Numbered from the stretch's first letter, positions 18,175 through 27,954 are shown. The stretch: 64,000 bases of DNA from Nitrospinales bacterium (GCA_965223795.1 CBDCXL010000002.1:1440001-1504000); one strand, 5' to 3'. Notes: generated by a model not told the origin, from the sequence alone. A program made the numbers and translations.

Positions 18175-18702
18175 TCAGGAATCCGCTTTTTCGTAAATGT
18201 TCCAGTCTTCGTATTTCCCCCGCTCCGCGTTTTTGGGAGAGCTGAAACGGAATATCTTGATCAGGCAGACCGGGCGCGTTCGCTTCGACTCCGGCTCGGC
18301 CGGAAACACGGCGTGCGGACGGATTCTGAGTACGTTGGGCACCTGCTTTTTCAATTTCGGATTGCGCAGGACCAGCTCGATGTATGACCCCGTTTCCGTT
18401 TCCACCGCATTTTGCGTGAAGACAACGGTCGCCGTTTTTTCGTTTGGAAGCCAGAACTCTGCCTGTTCCCCGTCAAACCGGATCGCTTTCGGCGCGGTTT
18501 GCGAATGGCTGCGGGCGGTCCAGCGGCCGGTCAAATCCTGCTGCGGACAGACTTTCCATTCGGCATCGTTCCAGTCGAGCGCATGCGCGGAATGAAATGA
18601 AAGTGGCACGGCGATCAGTCCCCAGAAGGCGATGGCGATCCAATTTCCTCGCCGCTTCGGACTGCGGCTCGCAAGCTTCTGCTCGCTGCTATAAAAATTC
18701 AT
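18175..18702 (-). CDS. Hypothetical secreted protein
   Basis: Hydrophobic segment ending AHA; lies 10 nt downstream of the chelatase gene; GGATAGGAAG RBS. Confidence 0.6.
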   Translation of the reverse strand: MNFYSSEQKLASRSPKRRGNWIAIAFWGLIAVPLSFHSAHALDWNDAEWKVCPQQDLTGRWTARSHSQTAPKAIRFDGEQAEFWLPNEKTATVVFTQNAVETETGSYIELVLRNPKLKKQVPNVLRIRPHAVFPAEPESKRTRPVCLIKIFRFSSPKNAERGKYEDWNIYEKADS

Positions 18703-18712
18703 CTTCCTATCC

Positions 18713-19264
18713 TCACGAACCCGTGTTCTTGAAATGTTCGATGTGGCTCCACAGCAGGACCGCCAGCTTGTTGAGGTCGTATGGCCAGGCGTAGCGGATG
18801 CGCACGTCCGGAAATTTTGTGCGGAGGGCTTCCACTTCCTCCGGAATCTCGATCTCGGAATGCGACCCTCCCGGCGTCAGCATGCTGGTGATCACGATGA
18901 TGTCGGTGACGCCCCCGGCGATCAGGCCCTCGGCGGCCTCGGCAAGGGTGGGCGCACAGAATTCGTTGTAGGCGATCGAAAGCTTGGTGTCTTCCAGGTA
19001 CAGCCGCATGTGGTTGGCCAGACTCTCGAGACCGGCCTGATAGGGATCGGATTCCGCCGTTCGCGGCCACTGGCGGATGGCGCGGTCGGCCTCGATCTCC
19101 TCGGCGCTCGGCGGCAGGCCCCTGGCCCGGCGCTCGCCTTCCAGCCGCTTGAAGCGGGCCACCAGATTCTGAGGGCAGTCCCTGGGAAGCCCGCCATGCC
19201 CGACCAGAATCACCCCGTCTTTTTGTTTCACGTTCACCTCTGAATTTTCGGACACTGCGTCCAA
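18713..19264 (-). CDS. CbiX/SirB-type (sirohydrochlorin) chelatase domain protein
   Basis: VILVGHG, AYNEFCAPTL, GGSHSEIEIP (two conserved His residues). Start codon uncertain. Confidence 0.8.
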   Translation of the reverse strand: MDAVSENSEVNVKQKDGVILVGHGGLPRDCPQNLVARFKRLEGERRARGLPPSAEEIEADRAIRQWPRTAESDPYQAGLESLANHMRLYLEDTKLSIAYNEFCAPTLAEAAEGLIAGGVTDIIVITSMLTPGGSHSEIEIPEEVEALRTKFPDVRIRYAWPYDLNKLAVLLWSHIEHFKNTGS

Positions 19265-19297
19265 TAAGTTCGGAAACTCGAAGCAGTATTCGAGAAT

Positions 19298-19360
19298 AAC
19301 TTAGTCATTTTTTCAAATATTGTCAATATATATTGACAAAAAAAATTTTTTGTCTAAACT
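19298..19360. promoter_or_regulatory. Back-to-back divergent sigma70 promoters
   Basis: Plus: TTGACA 19333-19338, 16 nt, TAAACT 19355-19360. Minus: TTGACA 19326-19321, 17 nt, TAAGTT. Together they form the perfect palindrome TTGTCAATATATATTGACAA (19320-19339). Confidence 0.65.
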
Positions 19361-19433
19361 TTGGGAGTGTGCGCAATCCTTTTTAATAAGGGACGCGCCG
19401 CTTGCAATCAACGCTCTCAACCAAACCATAAAC

Positions 19434-20363
19434 ATGAACGACTCGATTCAGGACAACCAGCTGGCGATCGGCGAGCTGTCGCGGCTGACCGGCATCAGCA
19501 CGCACGCGCTCCGAGTGTGGGAGCGGCGCTACGGTTCTCCCCGTTCGGTGCGGCTGCCTTCCGGACACCGGCGCTACCCGCGCAAAGAGGTGGCGCGTCT
19601 GCGCGCGGTGGCGCGGGCGCTGAAAGCGGGACTGCGGCCGAAAAAAGTGGTCCCCGCCAGTCTGGAAGATCTGGAAAAGCTGCTGCAGATCGCGCCGCTG
19701 TTTTCCAAGGGCGGGCAGGATGCCAACAATCCGGCCGAGGAAGACGCGCAATACCGGCAGACGGTGGTGGACAACTGGATCGAAGGGGTGCACCGCTATT
19801 GCAATCAGACTCTGGACCGGGGATTTCATGAAGAGTGGTCGAAACGCGGCGCCATGAATTTCGTGCAGGACTGCGCCGCGCCATTTGTCCACCGTGTGGG
19901 CCAGGGCTGGGAACAGGGCGAGCTTTCGGTTTCGCAGGAGCACTTCGCGTCGGCGCGGCTCAGCGATTTTCTCGGCTCGATGTGGCGGCGGCTGAGCGAA
20001 CGCAATGAAGGCGACACCTGCGTGCTGGCGGGTCTGCCGGGAGAGCCGCACAGCCTGGGGCTGGCGATGGCCGCGGTCATCACGGCGGTAACGGGACGCA
20101 AGATCGTCTATCTGGGTGCGAACACGCCGGTTGAAGAAATCATCGATTCCGCCAAAGCCTGCGACGCGAAGATCGTGTGCGTCAGCATTTCCGTGATCTA
20201 CGCCGCGGAGGAGGCCCGCCGTGCGCTGCGCGCGATCCGCAAAGCGCTCGCCCCTTCCATCCGCATGGTGGCCGGAGGCAAAGGCGCACCCGGCGATGTC
20301 CCCGGCGTGGCGGTGCTCGGCAGCATGAGTGCTTACTACGACTGGCTGCAAAAATCGGAGTGA
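19434..20363 (+). CDS. MerR-family regulator with cobalamin-binding domain (CarH/LitR-like)
   Basis: IGELSRLTGISTHALRVWERRYG...RLPSGHRRY HTH; W-x9-EH (WEQGELSVSQEH); ExHxxG (GEPHSLG); YLGANTP; VCVS; GG. Confidence 0.88.
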   Translation: MNDSIQDNQLAIGELSRLTGISTHALRVWERRYGSPRSVRLPSGHRRYPRKEVARLRAVARALKAGLRPKKVVPASLEDLEKLLQIAPLFSKGGQDANNPAEEDAQYRQTVVDNWIEGVHRYCNQTLDRGFHEEWSKRGAMNFVQDCAAPFVHRVGQGWEQGELSVSQEHFASARLSDFLGSMWRRLSERNEGDTCVLAGLPGEPHSLGLAMAAVITAVTGRKIVYLGANTPVEEIIDSAKACDAKIVCVSISVIYAAEEARRALRAIRKALAPSIRMVAGGKGAPGDVPGVAVLGSMSAYYDWLQKSE

Positions 20364-20424
20364 CTCTTGTTGACACCGCAATGGGGCACGCAACGTTATA
20401 AAAATTTTTTTTTCAGGTGACACG

Positions 20425-20985
20425 ATGATGAAATGCAGAATGAAAATACGATCTTATTTTATGCTGGCGGCGCTGATCCTTTGTTTATGTTTTGTGGACG
20501 CGGCGCACAGCCTCAGCCGCGATGCACTCAAAGTGGGGCAACCGCTGCCCAACGCGACGCTTAAGCAGGACGGTAAACCGCAGGTCGAATTGAACGATCT
20601 TAAAGGCAGGGTGAAAATCATCAGCGTCGTGCCGCAGCTCAACACGCCGGTGTGCGACGCGCAGACCCACAAGCTGAGCGAGGAAAACGGCGGGCTGGAC
20701 CAACGGCTGGACATCGTGACCATCAGCACGAACAGCGCCGGGGACCAGTCGCGGTTCGCGGAAAAAGCCAACATCCACAACATCCTGTTTCTTTCGGACG
20801 CGCCGGATTACGATTTCGGCAGCAAGACCGGCCTGCTCAACACGAGCTTTCACTTTCTCAACCGCACGGTGCTGGTGGTGGACGCGGACAACATCATCCG
20901 CTATGTCGACTTCGTTCCGGGCGGCGGCATGCCCAATATCAAAAAAGCGCTGAAAGCCGCGAAACAGGTGCTGGAAAACAGTTAG
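20425..20985 (+). CDS. Secreted thiol peroxidase (Tpx-like redoxin)
   Basis: Signal peptide, LKVGQPLP, SVVPQLNTPVCDAQT peroxidatic motif, LSD, R-x-V-x-VVD. Confidence 0.8.
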   Translation: MMKCRMKIRSYFMLAALILCLCFVDAAHSLSRDALKVGQPLPNATLKQDGKPQVELNDLKGRVKIISVVPQLNTPVCDAQTHKLSEENGGLDQRLDIVTISTNSAGDQSRFAEKANIHNILFLSDAPDYDFGSKTGLLNTSFHFLNRTVLVVDADNIIRYVDFVPGGGMPNIKKALKAAKQVLENS

Positions 20986-21020
20986 CCCGGCGCAAACCAC
21001 ATCCGCGGCGTGGATGCGGT

Positions 21021-22256
21021 TCAGCCTTTCACGCACACCACCTGGCGCAGGGTGTGGACGATGTCCACCAGGTCCTTCTGCGCGTCCATGACGGCGTCGA
21101 TGGATTTGTAGGCGGCGGGCGTTTCGTCGATCACGTCGCGGTCCTTGCGGCATTCGACTCCCTGTGTCGCCTGGATGTGGTCCTCCAGCGAGAATTTTTT
21201 GCGCGCCGCCGTGCGCGAGAGCACGCGGCCGGCGCCGTGGCTGCAGCTTTCAAAGCTTTCCGGATTGCCGCGGCCGCGCACGATGAACGACTTCGCCCCC
21301 ATGCTGCCGGGGATGATGCCGAGCTCGCCCCTGCCCGCGCGCACCGCGCCTTTGCGCGTGACGAACACGTCCTCGCCGAAATGCCGTTCCCGCGTCACGT
21401 AATTGTGGTGGCAGTTCACCGCCTGCACCCGCGCCTCGAACGGCGGGATCCCGCGCGCCTGTCCCAATGCGCCGCACACCGCGCGCATCATGAACTCGCG
21501 GTTCACGCGGGCGAAATTCTGCGCCCACTCCACCGCCTCGACGTAGTCTGTGAAATGCTCGCTCCCTTCTGAAAAATAGGCCAGATCCTTATCCGGTAAA
21601 TTGCTCAGCCAGCGTCTGGCGTCTTTTTTGGCAAGCTCGATGAAGTAGGTGCCGATGCGGTTGCCGATGCCGCGCGAGCCGCTGTGCAGCATGCACCACA
21701 CGCGGCCGGCTTCGTCGAGGCACACTTCGATGAAGTGGTTGCCGCTGCCCAGCGTGCCCAGGTGGTTGACGTGGTTGGTGCGCCTGCCGATCACGTTCGG
21801 GTGCCGGCCGGTGATGCCGTCGAGTCCGCTCTTCAGGCTCTGCCAGGCGATCAACTGCGGTTCGGGCACCTCGCCCCAGGCGCCGCGGTCGCCGGGACCG
21901 CCCTGATGCGTCCTGCCGTGCGGGACGGCCTGTTCGATGCGGGTGCGGACCTCGTGCAGGTTGTCGGGCAGGTCGCTGCCTTTCAGCGTGGTCTGCACCG
22001 CCATCATGCCGCAGCCGATGTCCACGCCGACGGCGGCGGGGATGATCGCCCCTTTGGTCGGGATCACGCTGCCCACGGTGGCGCCGATGCCCACGTGCAC
22101 GTCGGGCATGACGGCGATGTGGCTGTGGATGAAGGGCAGGCGCGCCGCGTTTTTAAGCTGCTTTTCCGCCTTGGGGTCCACGGGTACGCCGCGCGTCCAG
22201 GCCTTGATGGGCGCGCTGCCTTCCGAGGTAGTGGTTTCATACGCCGTTTCGGCCAC
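21021..22256 (-). CDS. rtcB: RtcB family RNA ligase
   Basis: VMPDVHVGIGATVG, AVGVDIGCG, LGTLGSGNHFIE, HSGSRG, CHHNY, GIIPGSMG, SCSHGAGR, DETPAAYK, VCVKG. Confidence 0.95.
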   Translation of the reverse strand: MAETAYETTTSEGSAPIKAWTRGVPVDPKAEKQLKNAARLPFIHSHIAVMPDVHVGIGATVGSVIPTKGAIIPAAVGVDIGCGMMAVQTTLKGSDLPDNLHEVRTRIEQAVPHGRTHQGGPGDRGAWGEVPEPQLIAWQSLKSGLDGITGRHPNVIGRRTNHVNHLGTLGSGNHFIEVCLDEAGRVWCMLHSGSRGIGNRIGTYFIELAKKDARRWLSNLPDKDLAYFSEGSEHFTDYVEAVEWAQNFARVNREFMMRAVCGALGQARGIPPFEARVQAVNCHHNYVTRERHFGEDVFVTRKGAVRAGRGELGIIPGSMGAKSFIVRGRGNPESFESCSHGAGRVLSRTAARKKFSLEDHIQATQGVECRKDRDVIDETPAAYKSIDAVMDAQKDLVDIVHTLRQVVCVKG

Positions 22257-22475
22257 ATGCCACTCCAGGAAAAATTGATCAGTTGCGGGTTTCCCCCCAG
22301 TTTAAAGGACTGTGGCTCCCAGTCGACATTTTATTTTACTTTTTCGTCCCGCTCAGACAGGAACCGCAAGTCCGAATGCGCCGTGGAATGGGTGTTTGGG
22401 GATTGCGGATTGAGTGTTAAAATTCGGAAAGGCATTCCCCGGTTTTTCCCGATTTCTTAACCGATTCCATCTCCC

Positions 22476-25400
22476 ATGCAGCCGAACCAAAGCCACCTGC
22501 TCAAGACCCGGCGCTTCCTGCCGTTGTTTCTCACGCAGTTTCTCGGTGCGTTCAACGACAACGTCTACAAAAACGCGCTGGTCATCCTCATCACCTATTC
22601 GGTGGCGGAAAAGGCCGGGCTCAACGCACAGGTGCTGGTGACGCTGGCGGCGGGGATCTTCATCCTGCCGTTCTTCCTGTTCTCGGCCACGGCGGGGCAG
22701 CTTGCGGACAAGCACGACAAGGCGAAGCTCATCCGCATCATCAAGGCGGTGGAGATCGTGCTCATGCTCGCGGCGGCGGTGGGGTTTTATCTGCAAAGCG
22801 TCGCCTTCCTGATGACGGTGCTGTTCCTCATGGGCACGCAGTCGTCGTTCTTCGGCCCGATCAAATACGGCATCCTGCCGGATCAGCTGCACGAGGACGA
22901 GTTGATCGGCGGCAACGCGCTCATCGAGGCGGGCACCTTCGTCGCCATTCTGATCGGCACCATCTTAGGCGGCCTTTTGATCCTCGCGGAAGGCGGCATC
23001 ACCTGGGTCTCGGGCATGGTGATCGGCGTCGCCGTCATTGGCTGGATCTCCAGCCTCTCGATCCCGTCCACCGGTGCTGCGGCCCCGGACATCACGGTGC
23101 GCTACAACGTGTTCACCGAGACCTACAAAATCATCGGGCACATCCGCGAAAACAAGGTGGTGTTCCGCTCGATCCTCGGCATCTCCTGGTTCTGGCTGTT
23201 CGGCGCGTCCTTCCTGTCGCAGTTTCCCACCTACGGCAAGGACGTGATCGGCGGCAACGAACAGGTGGTCACGCTGTTTCTCACCGTGTTCTCCATCGGC
23301 ATCGGCGTCGGCTCGCTGTTGTGCAACAAGCTGCTCAAGGGCGAGATCGCCGCGACCTACGTGCCGCTGGGCGTGCTGGGGATGACGCTGTTCACGGTGG
23401 ATCTTTATTTTGCCAGCAGCCATTCCGTCACTGCCAGCGGCGGCGAGCTGATGGGGGTGTCGGCGTTTCTGGGAGCGTTTTCGAGCTGGCGGGTGCTGTT
23501 CGACCTGTTCGGCATCTCGGTGTGCGGCGGCATCTACATCGTGCCACTGTACTCGCTGATGCAGAGCCGCTCGGAAAAGGAATACCGCTCGCGCACCATC
23601 GCCGGCAACAACGTGATGAACGCATTGTTCATGGTGGTGTCGGCGCTGTGGATCACCTGGATGCTGACCCGGGACTTCACGGTGACGGAGGTGTTTCTAA
23701 CGCTGGCCGTCGTCAACGGCCTGGTTTCGATCTACATCTGCAGCCTGCTGCCGGATGCGCTGGTGAAATCGCTGCTCACCTGGGTCTTCCATACGCTGTA
23801 CCGGCTTGAGGTGCGCGGCGCGGAGCACATCAAACAGTCGGACGCCAAAACCATCTACGTCGCCAATCACCTGTCGTTCCTCGATGCGGCGCTGCTCGCG
23901 TCCAGCATTCCGGACCGGCTGACCTTCGCCATCAACACGCAGATGGCGAAGCAGTGGTGGGTGCGTCCGTTCTTGTCGCTGGCGGACACGTTCGCGCTCG
24001 ACCCGACCAATCCCATGTCCACGCGTTCCTTGATCGAAGCCATCCGCAAGGGCAGCAAGGTGGTGATTTTTCCGGAGGGCCGCCTCACGGTGACGGGGTC
24101 GCTGATGAAGGTGTATGAGGGGCCGGGCATGATCGCCGACAAGTCGGGCGCGCGGCTGCAGCCTGTGGCGATCGCGGGCGCGCAGTACACGCCGTTCTCC
24201 CGGCTCAAGGGCAAGGTGCGCACGCGCTGGTTCCCAAAAATCACGCTCACTTTCATGGAGCCTGTGACCTTCGAGCTGCCGGAGGATCTGAAGGGCCGGG
24301 CGCGGCGGCGGGCGGCGGGCGCGCGCCTGTACGACGTGATGACCGACATGCTGTTTCACAGCCACGACCTCAACCAGACTTTGTTTCAGTCGCTGCTCGA
24401 CGCGCAATCGGTGCACGGCGGCAACCACCTCGCCGCCGAGGACATCGAGCGCAAACCGCTTTCCTACCGGCAGTTCGTGATGCGCAGCTTCATCCTCGGC
24501 GGCGCGTTCGCGAAATTCACAAAGAACGGCGAAACGGTGGGGATGCTGCTGCCCAATATGGTGAGCACGCTGTTCGGTTTTTTCGGACTGCAGGCGTTCG
24601 GGCGGGTTCCGGCCATGCTCAATTTTTCCACCGGCAAACAGAACCTGCTTTCCGCTTGCAGGACGGCGGCGGTGCGTACGGTGATCACCTCGCGCCGGTT
24701 CGTGGACATGGCCAATTTGAGCGAAGCGGCGGCGGCGATGCAGAACGCGGGCGTCACGCTGGTGTACCTGGAGGATCTGCGCGATGCGGTCTCCGGCTGG
24801 GACAAGTTCAAGGGACTGCTGGCGTCGCGCGCGCCGCGGTTGTATTACCGGCGGCAGGATAAGCTTCGCGATGCGCTGGCGCCGGCCGTGGTGCTGTTCA
24901 CCTCCGGTTCGGAAGGCACGCCCAAAGGCGTGGTGCTGAGCCATAAAAACATCCAGGCGAACCGGTATCAGGTGGCGTCGCGGGTGGACTTCGGGCCGCT
25001 GGACATCGTGTTCAACGCACTGCCGGTGTTCCATTCCTTCGGCCTCACCGGCGGCACGCTGCTGCCGCTGCTTTCCGGCATGAAGACGTTCTTCTATCCC
25101 TCGCCGCTGCACTACCGCATCGTGCCGGAGCTGGTGTACGACACCAACGCGACGATCCTGTTCGGCACCGACACGTTTCTCACCGGCTACGCGCGCTACG
25201 CGCACCCGTACGATTTTTACAGCATCCGCTACGTGTTCGCGGGAGCGGAAAAACTCAAGGAATCGACGCGCGCGACCTGGTCGGAGAAATTCGGCGTGCG
25301 CATCTTCGAGGGCTATGGCGCCACCGAGACCGCGCCGGTGCTGGCGATGAACACGCCGATGCAGAACAAACCCGGTTCGGTGGGGCGGCTGATGCCGGGC

Positions 25401-25916
25401 ATCGAATACCTGTTGAAAGACGTGCCCGGCATCGAGTCGGGCGGGCGGCTGTGGGTGTCGGGGCCGAACGTGATGAAGGGTTATTTTCTCAGCGACGCAC
25501 CGGGAAAACTGGCGCCGCCGGAAGGCGGCTGGTACGACACGGGCGACATCGTGGAGGTGGACGCAGACGGCTACGTCACGATCAAGGGCCGGGCCAAGCG
25601 CTTCGCCAAGGTGGGCGGGGAGATGGTGTCCCTGACCGCGGTGGAAGGGTTCGTCAACAAGGTGTGGCCGGGGTACGAGCACGCGGTGGTGACGCTGCCG
25701 GACGCGAAGAAGGGCGAGCAGCTGGTGCTGGTCACCAGTTGCAAGGAAGCGTCGCGCGAACCGCTGGTGCAGTACGTCAAGCAGAACGGCATCGGCGAGC
25801 TGTCTCTGCCCAAAAATATTTTAGTGACCGACAAACTCCCGGTTCTGGGAACGGGCAAGACCGACTACGTGGCGCTCACCGACTGGGTCAAAAAAGAAAC
25901 GGCAACACCGGATTGA
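22476..25916 (+). CDS. aas: MFS (LplT-like) + acyltransferase + acyl-ACP synthetase fusion (acyl-ACP:phospholipid O-acyltransferase)
   Basis: N-terminal RRFLPLFLTQFLGAFNDN MFS domain; NHLSFLD and IFPEG acyltransferase motifs; LFTSGSEGTPKGV, EGYGATE and WYDTGD AMP-binding motifs. Confidence 0.92.
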   Translation: MQPNQSHLLKTRRFLPLFLTQFLGAFNDNVYKNALVILITYSVAEKAGLNAQVLVTLAAGIFILPFFLFSATAGQLADKHDKAKLIRIIKAVEIVLMLAAAVGFYLQSVAFLMTVLFLMGTQSSFFGPIKYGILPDQLHEDELIGGNALIEAGTFVAILIGTILGGLLILAEGGITWVSGMVIGVAVIGWISSLSIPSTGAAAPDITVRYNVFTETYKIIGHIRENKVVFRSILGISWFWLFGASFLSQFPTYGKDVIGGNEQVVTLFLTVFSIGIGVGSLLCNKLLKGEIAATYVPLGVLGMTLFTVDLYFASSHSVTASGGELMGVSAFLGAFSSWRVLFDLFGISVCGGIYIVPLYSLMQSRSEKEYRSRTIAGNNVMNALFMVVSALWITWMLTRDFTVTEVFLTLAVVNGLVSIYICSLLPDALVKSLLTWVFHTLYRLEVRGAEHIKQSDAKTIYVANHLSFLDAALLASSIPDRLTFAINTQMAKQWWVRPFLSLADTFALDPTNPMSTRSLIEAIRKGSKVVIFPEGRLTVTGSLMKVYEGPGMIADKSGARLQPVAIAGAQYTPFSRLKGKVRTRWFPKITLTFMEPVTFELPEDLKGRARRRAAGARLYDVMTDMLFHSHDLNQTLFQSLLDAQSVHGGNHLAAEDIERKPLSYRQFVMRSFILGGAFAKFTKNGETVGMLLPNMVSTLFGFFGLQAFGRVPAMLNFSTGKQNLLSACRTAAVRTVITSRRFVDMANLSEAAAAMQNAGVTLVYLEDLRDAVSGWDKFKGLLASRAPRLYYRRQDKLRDALAPAVVLFTSGSEGTPKGVVLSHKNIQANRYQVASRVDFGPLDIVFNALPVFHSFGLTGGTLLPLLSGMKTFFYPSPLHYRIVPELVYDTNATILFGTDTFLTGYARYAHPYDFYSIRYVFAGAEKLKESTRATWSEKFGVRIFEGYGATETAPVLAMNTPMQNKPGSVGRLMPGIEYLLKDVPGIESGGRLWVSGPNVMKGYFLSDAPGKLAPPEGGWYDTGDIVEVDADGYVTIKGRAKRFAKVGGEMVSLTAVEGFVNKVWPGYEHAVVTLPDAKKGEQLVLVTSCKEASREPLVQYVKQNGIGELSLPKNILVTDKLPVLGTGKTDYVALTDWVKKETATPD

Positions 25917-25930
25917 CGGCGGCGCGGCGG

Positions 25931-26748
25931 TCATTCGTGTTTGAATTTGCCTTCCTTTAAAAAATGCAGAACCTGCGCGATGGCTGCGTCGTTTTTCATG
26001 ATGAAGGTGTGGGTCGCGTGCAGCACGATGTGGTCTTGCATGCCTTCCAGCTTGGTGCGCTCGACGGACACGTGATTTGAAACACTATGGAATCGATTTT
26101 TTCCCTACTTGCAGGATCTGCGCGATGGCTGCCGTCGTCGGTGCCGGGAATGAGATAAGACCCCAAAGGATCGATGGACCGGTCGCCCGCGATCACGCCC
26201 AGCTCAAAATCGACGCCCCCCAGAATCGACTGCAGTTCCTGCTGATCGGTGCCCAGCTCCTGTCCGGCGGGGCCGTAAAATTTTTTAAACAGAAAATTAT
26301 CCTTTAAAAAATCCGCCATCTCGCTGCCGCGGTTGGGCGGGCTCAGCATGACGACCCGGCCCAGATTCTGCGGCCGGTGTTTCCGGATGAGTCCCCGCGC
26401 CACAAGACCGCCCATCGAGTAGGTCACCACGTGCAGCGGCCGATCCCGGTTCTGATTGAACTTTGAAATCTGCGGCTGGATTTTTTCCACGATCTCAGCA
26501 AGGGAAAGGTCGGTGGAAGGGTAGTCCACGTTGAGGACGCGGTAGCCTGCATCGGTGAGCGCGTGTTCGATCTTCTCCATCGACGCGCTGCTGCGGGCGA
26601 TGCCGTGCAGCAAAACCACCGACTCCGCCGCCTGCGCTTTCGTCCCCGCACCGAACAGACCGCCCAGCAGAAAAAAAAGTGCGAGCGCGCCACCCAACGT
26701 GCCTGGAATTTTCAAGTTCACAGTCTCTACCGGACCATGCCGTTTCAT
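25931..26748 (-). pseudogene. Secreted alpha/beta hydrolase disrupted by a ~56-nt frameshifting insertion
   Basis: VVLLHG, VTYSMGG, PPNRGSE, GVIAG, DDG. The expected continuation VSVERTKLEGMQDHIVLHATHTFIMKNDAAIAQVLHFLKEGKFKHE* lies in another frame, ending at 25931. Confidence 0.8.
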
Positions 26749-27548
26749 TCTTTTTTATTTTTCTTTAACAGCTCAAGAGCGGCGGGAAAGATCCGTTCCA
26801 CCCAGAGCGCGTACTGCCTGCCCGAAGGGTGCAGGTCGTCCGCCGCGAACATGCCGGGCTGCGTGCACAATTTTTGCGACAAGTCGAAGATATCCGCAAC
26901 CGGCCAGCCCCGTGCAGAGGCTTCGGATTTGAGGATGCGGTTCAAGCGGGTCATGCCGTTGGGCGCGCTTTTGCCGTAGCCCCATTTTTTTCCTGAGGGC
27001 GAGCAGGAGAAATCGGGGATGGTGACGAGCAGAATCGTTCCCGATGGCGTGAGGGATTTCTCGATGCGATCGAGGAGCCGCTGGACATTCCGGGTGAACA
27101 GGCGGCTGGGAGCGCCGCCGCGAATCCAGTCGTTGACGCCGACGAGCAGGGTGACGAAATCGGGTTTTTCGTTTTTGAGCAGCGGCGTCTGTTCTTTCAG
27201 GACCTGACGGGCGGTCCAGCCGTTCTGCCCCAGGTTGGCGGCGAGCTCGATGTCGATCCCCGCCTGCCTGAGCTTTTCGGTCAGCAGGGAAGGCCAGGTT
27301 TCCTGCGCCGCGACGCCGGTGCCGGTGGTGTAGGAATCGCCGAGCGCCACGTAACGGAGGGGAGCCGCCTGCACGTGGGCCGTGTGAATGCAGAAAATAA
27401 GGACGGCAATCAGGATGCGCAGGAGTTTACGGCTACCGGCAAGGCACACGATGCTGGACACGCCGTTCAACACGGGCAGGCTGTGATGGGGAGAGAAACG
27501 ATCATTCCCGTTTTCACGCGATGGACTCTCCCAGTTCGTCTTCTTCAA
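26745..27548 (-). CDS. SGNH/GDSL hydrolase (true start probably downstream, ~27473 or later)
   Basis: YVALGDSYT, NLGQNG, LVGVND, DDLHPS blocks; signal peptide ending VQA. Confidence 0.88.
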   Translation of the reverse strand: MKKTNWESPSRENGNDRFSPHHSLPVLNGVSSIVCLAGSRKLLRILIAVLIFCIHTAHVQAAPLRYVALGDSYTTGTGVAAQETWPSLLTEKLRQAGIDIELAANLGQNGWTARQVLKEQTPLLKNEKPDFVTLLVGVNDWIRGGAPSRLFTRNVQRLLDRIEKSLTPSGTILLVTIPDFSCSPSGKKWGYGKSAPNGMTRLNRILKSEASARGWPVADIFDLSQKLCTQPGMFAADDLHPSGRQYALWVERIFPAALELLKKNKKE

Positions 27549-27888
27549 ACAATTCGGTCATCATGTCCTGGGTGGATGTCTCGGTGTGTTTTTTCTCGAC
27601 CCCGTCCAGGTACAGGTTGATCCGCTTGAGCTGGTCCTCTGAAATATTGCAGAAGTTGAGGCGGCTCATCAGGGTTTCCTTGTCGTGGCGCTGCAGCAGT
27701 TTCCCCAGGCTGGCGTGCATGAATGGAATCAAAATTGTCTGCACACCGGTGAAGTCCAGTTCCACGGAGGTGTGCTTCTGCAACCGTTCCTGCAACAGCG
27801 CGTGCAGCTGGTTGCCGTCGTCGATGGATTCCAGTTGTTCGCCGATTTTCTTTGCTAAATAAATGCGCGGATTCTCATCCTTGCTCAT
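27514..27888 (-). CDS. STAS-like (DUF4325-type) protein
   Basis: G...DGNQLH...VELDFTGVQ...F...LGKL pattern. GGGAGGAAGG RBS. Confidence 0.65.
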   Translation of the reverse strand: MSKDENPRIYLAKKIGEQLESIDDGNQLHALLQERLQKHTSVELDFTGVQTILIPFMHASLGKLLQRHDKETLMSRLNFCNISEDQLKRINLYLDGVEKKHTETSTQDMMTELFEEDELGESIA

Positions 27889-27954
27889 GCCTTCCTCCCA
27901 CAGAAATCACCTGAGTTGCGGTTGCGTGTTCGCCGCAAACCGGGTGATGGTTTT

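Noticed and set aside
19320..19339. Perfect 20-bp palindrome as the CarH-like operator
   Set aside because: It is explained by two back-to-back TTGACA -35 boxes. The 11-bp direct-repeat spacing described for CarH operators is not evident.
26072..26110. ATTTGAAAC resembling a CRISPR repeat end
   Set aside because: Single occurrence, no repeat-spacer periodicity and no cas genes in the window.
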